A stretch of 64,000 bases of DNA from Minisyncoccia bacterium (GTDB lineage: Bacteria; Patescibacteriota; Minisyncoccia; Phycocordibacterales; UBA9973). Positions 9,173-17,580 of this stretch are shown here, piece by piece. Both the position numbers and the translations under genes were made by a program. Every line of letters begins with the position of its first letter. The first letter of the stretch is position 1. The notes under the pieces are model-generated. The model ran no database searches and was not told the origin of the DNA. It was given only the letters and a program-made list of their open reading frames with translations. The stretch covers positions 14,118 through 78,117 of the forward strand of contig JBBRWS010000002.1 in NCBI GenBank assembly GCA_038249055.1, read 5' to 3'.

Positions 9173-11911
9173 ATGATAGAAGGACTTAATTTAAATAATG
9201 CACCAAAATTTAAAACTCCTCAAGAAGAGTTAGATTTTTTACGTGCACACATAGCAGAACGTGAAAAGATTTTAGGTGACAAAGGTAAAGAAGTTAAAAA
9301 AGAAGAAATAGCTCATGATGCAATTTCTGAATATAGAAAATATAACCCTAGTGATGTTATGCACAAATCAGCTGTTATTAAAAAAAGTGAAATAGAAAAC
9401 TTGGTTTTAAGATTGCATCCAGAATCCCATGATAATAAAATGGAAGAATTACTCGGCATTTTGCTCGATAAAGGAATATCAAACACATTATCAATTATTG
9501 GTGCAATGAATAATCCGCACTTAGATGATGATTTCCATCGTTTCCTTGTTCAATATTTACATAATACACACAAGATTCCAGGGTTAAAGGAAAATACTCC
9601 GCTTTTTAAATCATTAAATATGGCACTTTTTGAAATTTCACTTCCAGATATGAATGACAATGAAGCAAATAAAAAAGGCTTAAAGGAATTACTTGGTGCT
9701 ATGGAACAGTTTTATGCTGGAATGCATTCAGTAGGAGAGGGACGGGAAAATTTTAATCGCAATCATTTTACTCTTGAAATAGCAGTAGCAGAAGGTAGTG
9801 ATAGTTTTATTTTTTATGCGGCAGTTCCATCTGAAAAATCCGATTTATTTGAAAAACAATTATTTGGAGTTCATCCTGAAGCAAAAATCCTAGAAGTTAC
9901 TGATGATTATAATATCTTTTCAGAAAATGCTTCAGTTTCTGGATCATATGCAACACTCGCCCGTCATAATATTTACCCCATAAAACTTCATGATGTTATT
10001 GATCATGATCCACTAAATATTATTTTAAATGTTTTTACCAAATTAAAGAAAAATGGTGAAGGTGCTGCAATTCAGTTTTCAATATGCCCACAAGATGATG
10101 AAATAATGAGGGAATTTCATGAAATTTTATCAAATGTGAAAAATGGTATGTCTGTTCGAACAGCTTCAAGCACTACTCGCCAAGTTGCAAAAGAATTTAA
10201 AAGCCTAGCCAGCGAATTATTTTTTGGAGCATCAAAAAAGAAAGAAGAAAAAAAAGTAAATGATAAAGCTGTAGAAAATATTACAGAAAAAATGAAAAGT
10301 ACAATAATGGCAACCAATATTCGTATTATTACTTCCGCAGAAAATCACCAAAGAGCAGAGCAAATTATTTCTGATATTGAGTCATCTTTTAATCAATTTA
10401 CAGAAGCAGATCGCAATGGATTTAACTTCAATCATCCTGAAGGTAAAAATTTAGCAAATTTAATTCATGAATTTTCATATAGAACTTTTTCAAATGAATA
10501 TTCTATGCCTCTCAATTTAAAAGAACTTGCCACAGTATTACATTTTCCATATGGTGTTGTTTCGTCTCAGCTTAAACAAGCAAAAGCAGGCTTTGCTCCA
10601 GCACCCCTTGAAATGGGGAATGAAGGAATTCTGCTTGGTATAAATAGTTATAGAGGTAAAGATACAGAGATTCGTATGTCTCGCGAAGACAGAATGCGCC
10701 ATATGTATGTTATTGGTCAAACAGGAACTGGTAAAACAACTATTTTGAAGAATATGATTGCTCAAGATATTAGAAATGGAGATGGGTGTTGTTTTATAGA
10801 TCCACACGGAAGTGATATTCAAGATATTTTGAGTTATGTACCTAAAGAACGAATTGATGATGTTGTATATTTTGATCCTGCATATACAGCGAGACCCATG
10901 GGGCTTAATATGCTTGAATTTGATCCTAGATATCCTGAACAGAAAACTCTTGTTGTAAACGAGCTTATGGGTATTTTTAATAAACTTTTTGACATGAAGG
11001 CGGGAGGAGGTGCAATGTTTGAACAGTATTTTAAAAATTCCGCCTTTCTTGTTATGGAACATCCAGAATCTGGGTGTACTTTGCTTGAAATTGGTAGAGT
11101 TCTTTCCGATAAATCATTTCGTGATATGAAACTTTCTCATTGTAAAAATCCTATCATCAAACAATTTTGGCAAGGAGCAGAAAAGACTACTGGAGATCAG
11201 GGTCTTGAAAACTTTGTTCCGTATATTACATCCAAATTTGATAACTTTATCTCTAACGATATTATGAGACCAGTTGTTCTCCAAGAGAAGTCGGTATTTA
11301 ATTTTAGAGAAATTATGGATAATAAAAAAATTCTACTTGTAAATCTTTCAAAAGGTAGACTTGGAGATATAAATGCAAACTTGATAGGTCTAGTTCTAGT
11401 AGGTAAGATACAAATGGCCGCACTTTCTCGTGTAGATATGTACGGACAAAAAATGAATGACTTCTATCTTTATATAGACGAATTCCAAAACGTGACAACT
11501 GATTCGATTTCATCAATTCTTTCAGAGGCTCGCAAATATCGTCTATCTTTAACAGTTGCCCATCAATATATATCACAACTTGAGGAAAATATTAAAAATG
11601 CAGTATTTGGAAACGTAGGTTCAATGGCTATATATCGTATAAGTACAGAGGATGCAAATTTTGTTGAACAACAATTTAAACCCACTTTTACCGCTTCTGA
11701 TATTGTAAAATTAGATAACTTTAATTCATATGTAAAAATGCTTGTGAATGGTACGCCAACAAAGCCATTTAGTATGAAATCGCACTGGAGTATGACAGAA
11801 AGAGGAGATATGGAAGTAGTAGAAAAAATAAAACAATTATCTTATCTCAAATTTGGCCGCCCACGAGAAGAAGTTGAAGATGAAATAATGGAAAAATATA
11901 AACGAGATTAA
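9173..11911 (+). CDS. P-loop ATPase of the VirD4/TraD/HerA (DUF87, T4CP-like) superfamily with an uncharacterised ~500-aa N-terminal half
   Basis: Walker A GQTGTGKTT followed by FIDPHG, Walker B LYIDEFQN, and RKYRLSLTVAHQYISQL (RK-Y..Q..QL motif of coupling/HerA ATPases). Confidence 0.55.
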   Translation: MIEGLNLNNAPKFKTPQEELDFLRAHIAEREKILGDKGKEVKKEEIAHDAISEYRKYNPSDVMHKSAVIKKSEIENLVLRLHPESHDNKMEELLGILLDKGISNTLSIIGAMNNPHLDDDFHRFLVQYLHNTHKIPGLKENTPLFKSLNMALFEISLPDMNDNEANKKGLKELLGAMEQFYAGMHSVGEGRENFNRNHFTLEIAVAEGSDSFIFYAAVPSEKSDLFEKQLFGVHPEAKILEVTDDYNIFSENASVSGSYATLARHNIYPIKLHDVIDHDPLNIILNVFTKLKKNGEGAAIQFSICPQDDEIMREFHEILSNVKNGMSVRTASSTTRQVAKEFKSLASELFFGASKKKEEKKVNDKAVENITEKMKSTIMATNIRIITSAENHQRAEQIISDIESSFNQFTEADRNGFNFNHPEGKNLANLIHEFSYRTFSNEYSMPLNLKELATVLHFPYGVVSSQLKQAKAGFAPAPLEMGNEGILLGINSYRGKDTEIRMSREDRMRHMYVIGQTGTGKTTILKNMIAQDIRNGDGCCFIDPHGSDIQDILSYVPKERIDDVVYFDPAYTARPMGLNMLEFDPRYPEQKTLVVNELMGIFNKLFDMKAGGGAMFEQYFKNSAFLVMEHPESGCTLLEIGRVLSDKSFRDMKLSHCKNPIIKQFWQGAEKTTGDQGLENFVPYITSKFDNFISNDIMRPVVLQEKSVFNFREIMDNKKILLVNLSKGRLGDINANLIGLVLVGKIQMAALSRVDMYGQKMNDFYLYIDEFQNVTTDSISSILSEARKYRLSLTVAHQYISQLEENIKNAVFGNVGSMAIYRISTEDANFVEQQFKPTFTASDIVKLDNFNSYVKMLVNGTPTKPFSMKSHWSMTERGDMEVVEKIKQLSYLKFGRPREEVEDEIMEKYKRD

Positions 11912-12006
11912 GATAAATAGAACTTAAATTTATTTAGGTCCAATTTGTTTATAGGTACTATTTCTGATATAATACCCTTATTATTCAATAACAAAATTCA
12001 AAAAAT

Positions 12007-12480
12007 ATGGAACCCATACATGAAAAATCACTCATTATTATAAAGCCAGATGCAGTTCAACGTAACCTAATTGGTGAAATAATAAGTCGTATTGAAAGAA
12101 AAGGTCTCAAGATTATCGGTATAAAAATGATAAGTATCAGTGATGCATTATTAGATGAACACTATGCACACATTAAAGATAAGCCATTTTTCCCTGGTAT
12201 TCGTGATTTTATGGAGTCATGTCCAGTTATTGTTATGGCTATTGATGGTATAAATACAGTTTCAGCACTTCGTCTCCTTGTTGGTCCAACAAAAGCTTGG
12301 GAAGCAAACGCAGGTACAATTCGTGGTGATTTTTCGTTATCAACTCAATCAAATATTGTCCATGCTTCAGATTCAATTGAAAATGGAGAAATAGAAGTTA
12401 CTCGTTTCTTTGATTTACCAGAACTATTCTCCTATAAAAAAATAGATACTGATTTTATCTACGCTGAACATAAGAAATAA
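12007..12480 (+). CDS. ndk: nucleoside diphosphate kinase
   Basis: IIKPDAVQRNLIGEIISRIE and the NIVHASDS active-site His region. Confidence 0.9.
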   Translation: MEPIHEKSLIIIKPDAVQRNLIGEIISRIERKGLKIIGIKMISISDALLDEHYAHIKDKPFFPGIRDFMESCPVIVMAIDGINTVSALRLLVGPTKAWEANAGTIRGDFSLSTQSNIVHASDSIENGEIEVTRFFDLPELFSYKKIDTDFIYAEHKK

Positions 12481-12490
12481 TTTACAAATA

Positions 12491-12517
12491 AAAAAACCTC
12501 GTTAAGAGGTTTTTTTA
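12491..12517 (+). terminator. intrinsic terminator (CCTC..GAGG + T-run)
   Basis: AAAAAAACCTCGTTAAGAGGTTTTTTT. Confidence 0.7.
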
Positions 12518-12818
12518 TTTGTATTATACATATAATTTTTTAAAAAAATTCAAAACTCAATTTGAAATACTGTCAAAAGTGTGCTCTTTTAAAAAAGTAC
12601 TTGCGCAGTTTTGTTCTAGGAGTATACTAAAAGTAGGATTATTTGAAATGTGTTACCTAGAACAATTTTTTAGGGGATAAAGAGTTTTGATAAAAAACTG
12701 CGAATAATTATTTTTACAAATTTTTATCATCCTTGGTCCCACCTAGCTTTATGCTATGGTAATACGGCCTTCGATAGTCCTAATAAACAATTCTTCCGAG
12801 AGGAAGGATTTTTTATTT

Positions 12819-12912
12819 TTAGAGGTCCAACCTTGATTGAGTACAATCACCTCACGGGTCGGGGCCAGATTTGCCCGTGAGGTCAATCTGCTGATTGAAG
12901 GTTGGACTCTAA
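12819..12912. repeat. composite palindromic repeat (TAGAGGTCCAACC...CAATCTGCTGATTGAAGGTTGGACTCTA), inverse orientation of the 8916 copy
   Basis: Lies in a 590-bp intergenic region. Preceded by a small hairpin CTTCC-GAGA-GGAAG + T-run at 12793-12816. Confidence 0.7.
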
Positions 12913-13073
12913 AAAATATAATATAAATTTCCGATTAGCAAAAATATAAGGTATAATAAGGCTTATACTTGTCCTGTAATAAATTTTTGATTTAATAATA
13001 TTAAGTTAAAAATTATACAAGAGAAGTAGGTTAGATTATAGATATACATTATTATTAAAATTTTAGTACTGGG

Positions 13074-14444
13074 ATGGTAAATGAAAAAAATTTAAAAGTC
13101 ACATTTTGTTCTGGGGCAGGAACTGTTACCGGAGCTAATTTTTTATTGGAAGGAAATGAAAAGAAATTCTTAATTGATTGTGGCTTAATTCAAGGAGAAA
13201 AACTAGCAGACGATATGAACTGGGTTACTTTTCCGTATGATGCTTCTACTATTGATATACTTTTTATTACACATGCCCATACTGATCATATCGGAAGAAT
13301 TCCTAAACTTATAAGTGAAGGATTTAACGGTAGAATTATATCAACCATCCCAACTAAGGATATAACTGCAGTAATGCTTGCAGACACAGCGCACCTTTTA
13401 TCTCGAGATGTAGAACATGAACTTGATAAAATATATTCAGCTGAAAATATTAAAAGAGCACTTAGTTTATGGGAGACTCTCGAGTATGGTCAAAAACTTA
13501 ATGTTGATCACGGGTTTCAATTTTCATTTAAAGACGCCGGGCATATTTTAGGTTCAGGAATGTTAGAAATAGTTTACAATGATAAAAAAATAATTTTTAC
13601 TGGAGACTTAGGTAATTCTCCATCGCCATTACTTCCTGATACAGAAGTTATTAATGATGCAGATTATATGATAATGGAATCATGTTATGGAGATCGTAAT
13701 CATGAAAAACGCCAAGAGAGAAAGGAGAAATTAGCTGAAGTTATGAATGATAATTATAATAGAAAGGGGACACTTATTATTCCTACATTTTCACTTGAGC
13801 GTACACAAGAATTACTTTATGAAATGGATACAATGTTGGGTGATAAAAAAATCCCTGAAATGCCAGTATTTTTAGATTCACCTTTATCAATAAAACTAAC
13901 TGATGTTTATTTGAAGTATGATAAATATTTTAATGAAGTTGCGAAAAAAATAATATCTACAGGAAATACATTGTTTACTTTTCCTGGTCTTAAGGAGACG
14001 GTGGAAACGGATGAATCAAAAGCAATATTACACGTACCAGGACCCAAAATAATTATTGCAGGTAGTGGAATGTCTAATGGTGGACGTATTCTTCATCATG
14101 AAATAAATTATCTTCCAAATAAAAATGATACCATTTTACTTACTGGATATCAGTCGTATGGTACTTTGGGGCGGTTAATTTTTGATGGAGCAAAGAAAGT
14201 ACATATAATGGGACAAGAAATTACCATACGAGCTAAGGTAGCCCTAATTAGTGGATATTCAGGACACAAAGATTCAGATCGCCTTGTAGAATTTGTTGAA
14301 AATACAGCTCATACCTTAAAGAAAGTTTTTGTTGTAATGGGCGAACCAAAAGCTTCAATGTTTTTAGCTCAGAAATTGAGAGATAATCTTGGCGTGAAAG
14401 CTTTTGTTCCCATAGCAGGGGAGTCAGTAATAATTGAATGTTAA
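13074..14444 (+). CDS. beta-CASP / metallo-beta-lactamase-fold ribonuclease (RNase J/CPSF-like)
   Basis: HAHTDH (HxHxDH) motif and a downstream His/Asp pattern. 456 aa. Confidence 0.6.
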   Translation: MVNEKNLKVTFCSGAGTVTGANFLLEGNEKKFLIDCGLIQGEKLADDMNWVTFPYDASTIDILFITHAHTDHIGRIPKLISEGFNGRIISTIPTKDITAVMLADTAHLLSRDVEHELDKIYSAENIKRALSLWETLEYGQKLNVDHGFQFSFKDAGHILGSGMLEIVYNDKKIIFTGDLGNSPSPLLPDTEVINDADYMIMESCYGDRNHEKRQERKEKLAEVMNDNYNRKGTLIIPTFSLERTQELLYEMDTMLGDKKIPEMPVFLDSPLSIKLTDVYLKYDKYFNEVAKKIISTGNTLFTFPGLKETVETDESKAILHVPGPKIIIAGSGMSNGGRILHHEINYLPNKNDTILLTGYQSYGTLGRLIFDGAKKVHIMGQEITIRAKVALISGYSGHKDSDRLVEFVENTAHTLKKVFVVMGEPKASMFLAQKLRDNLGVKAFVPIAGESVIIEC

Positions 14445-14473
14445 ATTAGGATACTTAGTATTTATTAATAAAT

Positions 14474-14959
14474 ATGAATTTTTTAAAACAAAATTCTTTT
14501 GTTGTTTTTAATCATAAAAAAGGTTTTACTTTTATAGAACTTCTCGTTGTTATTTCTATTATTGGAGTTTTATCAACTGTTGTATTGGCATCTCTAAATA
14601 GTGCTAGGGCAAAAGCTAGGGATGCTAAAAGAGAAAAAGATGCCTATGAATTAAGAACTGCACTAAGCATGTATTTTACAGATCATGGTAATTTTCCATT
14701 ATGTGATTTATATGAAGGAGTTGAGCCAGATGGAGGTTTTGTCGTTAGGTCAAACGAGGCTTTATGGAATAGTTGTTTAGGTTTAAAATTGAATCCTTAT
14801 ATAAAAGAAGTTCCACAAGATCCAAATGGTTCATCTTATTATTACTATAGTTGTAACTCCTCATCCTCGTCATCAGCAACTTGTGGAGAGAGTGGGGTAT
14901 ATTTAAATATTTATTTTAAAAAAAGAATACCAAATTTTTTAGCTTTAACTATAAATTAA
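14474..14959 (+). CDS. type IV pilin-like protein (prepilin N-terminal cleavage/methylation domain)
   Basis: KKGFTFIELLVVISIIGVLSTVVLASLNSAR class-III signal. Confidence 0.75.
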   Translation: MNFLKQNSFVVFNHKKGFTFIELLVVISIIGVLSTVVLASLNSARAKARDAKREKDAYELRTALSMYFTDHGNFPLCDLYEGVEPDGGFVVRSNEALWNSCLGLKLNPYIKEVPQDPNGSSYYYYSCNSSSSSSATCGESGVYLNIYFKKRIPNFLALTIN

Positions 14960-14988
14960 AAAACTCCCCTTAGCAGGGGAGTTTTTTA
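14958..14988. terminator. bidirectional terminator (CTCCCCT..AGGGGAG flanked by A- and T-runs)
   Basis: Sits between the convergent pilin-like gene and rplT. Confidence 0.7.
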
Positions 14989-14995
14989 ATAATAT

Positions 14996-15337
14996 TTAAA
15001 TACTTTTTACTATTCTGGCAAATGTTTCTGGATTTTTCTGAGCTAAGTCAGAAAGGATTTTTCGGTCAATTACGATGCTCTTCTTTTTAAGTCCATCTAT
15101 AAATTTACTATATGAAATTCCAAGTGGGCGAACAGCAGCATTGATACGTGTAGTCCATAGACTTCTTGCATCAGCTTTTTTATCCTTACGGTGAGCGAAT
15201 GAGTAATTACCTGAGTGTTTCAAAGCTTCTTTAGCTTGTGCTACTTTTGTACTGCGTCCAAAACGGAAGCCTTTTGTTTGTGCAAGTATATTCTTACGAC
15301 GCTTATGTTTTATTGTTCCTCTTTTTACTCTTGTCAT
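14996..15337 (-). CDS. rplT: 50S ribosomal protein L20
   Basis: MTRVKRGTIKHKRRKNILAQTKGFRFGR matches the L20 N-terminus. Confidence 0.9.
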   Translation of the reverse strand: MTRVKRGTIKHKRRKNILAQTKGFRFGRSTKVAQAKEALKHSGNYSFAHRKDKKADARSLWTTRINAAVRPLGISYSKFIDGLKKKSIVIDRKILSDLAQKNPETFARIVKSI

Positions 15338-15378
15338 ATTATTCTATTTGTAATTAGTAATTCTTAATTAGTAATTAT

Positions 15379-15570
15379 TTACGCGTTTGGTAAATAAGTT
15401 CTAGTAACTTTATTTGAAAAATTTTGTTGATTCATTTTTCTTCCACCCAATTGCTTTGTTCGTGATTGTTTTGCGTTAAAATGGTTGAATCCCGGAGCAC
15501 GAGATAGGATTTTACCATTTTTTGTAACCTTTAAACGTTTTGTTAATGATTTATTTGTTTTGATACTCAT
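15379..15570 (-). CDS. rpmI: 50S ribosomal protein L35
   Basis: 63-aa basic protein with the KTNKSLTKRLKVTKNGK pattern, between infC and rplT. Confidence 0.85.
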   Translation of the reverse strand: MSIKTNKSLTKRLKVTKNGKILSRAPGFNHFNAKQSRTKQLGGRKMNQQNFSNKVTRTYLPNA

Positions 15571-15574
15571 AAAA

Positions 15575-16177
15575 TTATTCTATGTTTTTTGATATTGGGG
15601 GAGCTATAATCCCTTTATCTTTTTCTATTGTAATGGTTGGACCTTTTGGACCCTTTTTATAATCTTCTGCTATTTTATAATTTTCAGTGATGAGGTGAAG
15701 AACACGATCTAGACGTTCTTTTAAGAATGGATCTGGCATATATTTCGAACGTCCTGATAAGAATAATTCTACTTTAATGCGATGACCCTCTTTAAGCCAT
15801 TCTGAAGCTTTTCTTGCCTTTAGAGCGAGGTCATTATCTCCAGTACCAATCTTTATTTGAATAGATTTGGTTTCTGTCGTTTTAGAGCCTGCTTTGGCTT
15901 TCTTTAACTTCTTATTTTGTTCGTATTTGTACTTACCGTATTCTGCTATTTTTGCTATTGGAGGGTTAGTATTGGGAGAAATTTCAATCAAATCAAGACC
16001 CAGGGCACTTGCCTGTGCCAAAGCTTCCTTAATACTCAAAACACCCAGATTAACTCCTTCGTTTGAGATTACACGAACCTCTGACGCTCTTATTTGATTG
16101 TTTATTCTTTCTCTCAATGTTGTGTCCGATAGAAATAAAAGGTATAAGGCCTTTTGTCCCGACTTCGACTCGGACAT
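15575..16177 (-). CDS. infC: translation initiation factor IF-3
   Basis: INNQIRASEVRVISNEGVNLGVLSIKEAL...DLIEISPNTNPP. The true start may be an internal TTG or other non-AUG codon, as is usual for infC. Confidence 0.85.
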   Translation of the reverse strand: MSESKSGQKALYLLFLSDTTLRERINNQIRASEVRVISNEGVNLGVLSIKEALAQASALGLDLIEISPNTNPPIAKIAEYGKYKYEQNKKLKKAKAGSKTTETKSIQIKIGTGDNDLALKARKASEWLKEGHRIKVELFLSGRSKYMPDPFLKERLDRVLHLITENYKIAEDYKKGPKGPTITIEKDKGIIAPPISKNIE

Positions 16178-16399
16178 TATGTATGAGAATACTCATCCAT
16201 ATGCTCCTCGCTTGTCGTGAAAAATAGATTACCTACCTAAGGCGAATATTATCATATTTATGTTAATATGGCAATACTTGTCCCGTTAGAAGCCGTGGTC
16301 ATAGTTTGTAATGGGAAATTGATATATTATTGTTAATTATTAACTAAAAATCCGCAAATTGGTATTTATTAATTATGAACACGATTTGCTTTTAATGGG

Positions 16400-17434
16400 A
16401 TGCAAGAGAAGATAAAGATAGTTTATAAAAAGAGTGGACAAACACCCCTAGATTGTATAAATGAAGCCAAAAAAGCAAATTCAGATTTACTTCGTTTACC
16501 TTTAACTTATGCTGGCCGTTTAGACCCTCTAGCAGAGGGTGTTCTTGTTCTTTTAATTGGAGATGAATGTCTAAAAAAGGATGAATATTTAAAACTACCA
16601 AAAGAATATGAGGTTACTATTTTATTTGGTTTTTCTACTGATACATATGATTTAATGGGGAAGGTTATAGATATTAGCACTACGTCGGAATTGTTATTTA
16701 AAAGGTCCTCGGACGAGGGGGTAGAGGTCCAACCTTCAATCAGCAGATTGACCTCACGGGCAAATGTGACCCCAGAGGTTGTACCTCTACTAAGAAAAAA
16801 CGATGAAGCTTTAAATAATCATATTAATTTTGTTGCATCAAGTAAACAAGTGGAATCAAAAGATTCATTTAAAATGGTCTGGCCGAGCCTTAGAGGTACA
16901 ACATCCGAAGTCAGCTTGATGTTGGACCTCTTGGCGAGGAAATCCGAGGACCTTTTAAATGAATCTTTTGATGGAACGACTAAACAAATTAATAAATTTC
17001 TTCCACAATTTACAGGACGTATAACACAATCATATCCACCGTATTCTTCTCGTACGGTAAATGGTAAACCTCTTTATAAATGGGCAAGGGAAGGAAAGTT
17101 AAATGAAATTATAATTCCTTCTCATGATGTATTTGTTGAAAGTATTGAAATAATTAATGAAGGTCTTATTTCTGGAGAAGAATTTTTAAATAAAATAAAA
17201 AAAGATATAGCTCTTGTTTCTGGAGATTTTCGTCAAGAAGAAATTATTAATTTATGGAAAGAAACATTAAAAGACAAAAAAGAAGAACAATATAAAACTA
17301 TAACTTTAAAAATATCTTGTGGTAGTGGAGTGTATGTAAGGGGTATAGCTCACGAACTAGGCATAGCTTTAGGTGTTCCAGCTCTTGCTCTACATATAAA
17401 AAGAACAAAAGTAGGAGAATATAAAAATCAATAA
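16400..17434 (+). CDS. truB: tRNA pseudouridine(55) synthase TruB-like, carrying a ~85-aa in-frame insertion encoded by palindromic repeat elements
   Basis: The TruB motif AGRLDPLAEGVLVLLIG and ILFGFSTDTYD come before the insertion. QSYPPYSSRTVNGKPLYKWAREG comes after it. Confidence 0.75.
   Translation: MQEKIKIVYKKSGQTPLDCINEAKKANSDLLRLPLTYAGRLDPLAEGVLVLLIGDECLKKDEYLKLPKEYEVTILFGFSTDTYDLMGKVIDISTTSELLFKRSSDEGVEVQPSISRLTSRANVTPEVVPLLRKNDEALNNHINFVASSKQVESKDSFKMVWPSLRGTTSEVSLMLDLLARKSEDLLNESFDGTTKQINKFLPQFTGRITQSYPPYSSRTVNGKPLYKWAREGKLNEIIIPSHDVFVESIEIINEGLISGEEFLNKIKKDIALVSGDFRQEEIINLWKETLKDKKEEQYKTITLKISCGSGVYVRGIAHELGIALGVPALALHIKRTKVGEYKNQ
16700..16956. mobile_element. composite palindromic repeat element inserted in frame within truB (13-bp perfect terminal inverted repeat AAAAGGTCCTCGG)
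   Basis: AAAAGGTCCTCGGACGAGGGGG...TAGAGGTCCAACC...CAATCAGCAGATTGACCTCACGGG...TTAGAGGTACAAC..GTTGGACCTCT...CCGAGGACCTTTT. Confidence 0.7.
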
Positions 17435-17461
17435 AATAATCTTTGAAAAAATAGATAAGTA

Positions 17462-17580
17462 AAAAGTGGAATCAAAATAAGTATTTAAAATGGTCTGGCA
17501 TTGGTTCCCGTTCCCCTCGTCCGAGGACCTTTTAAATACTTATTTTGATGGAACGATTGATTAACTTATTAATTTCTTAG
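17462..17580. repeat. degenerate duplicate of truB-internal sequence (16848-17005) carrying a short copy of the AAAATGGTCTGG...CCGAGGACCTTTT element
   Basis: GTGGAATCAAAA..ATTTAAAATGGTCTGGC and TTTTGATGGAACGA occur both inside truB and downstream of its stop. Confidence 0.6.
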
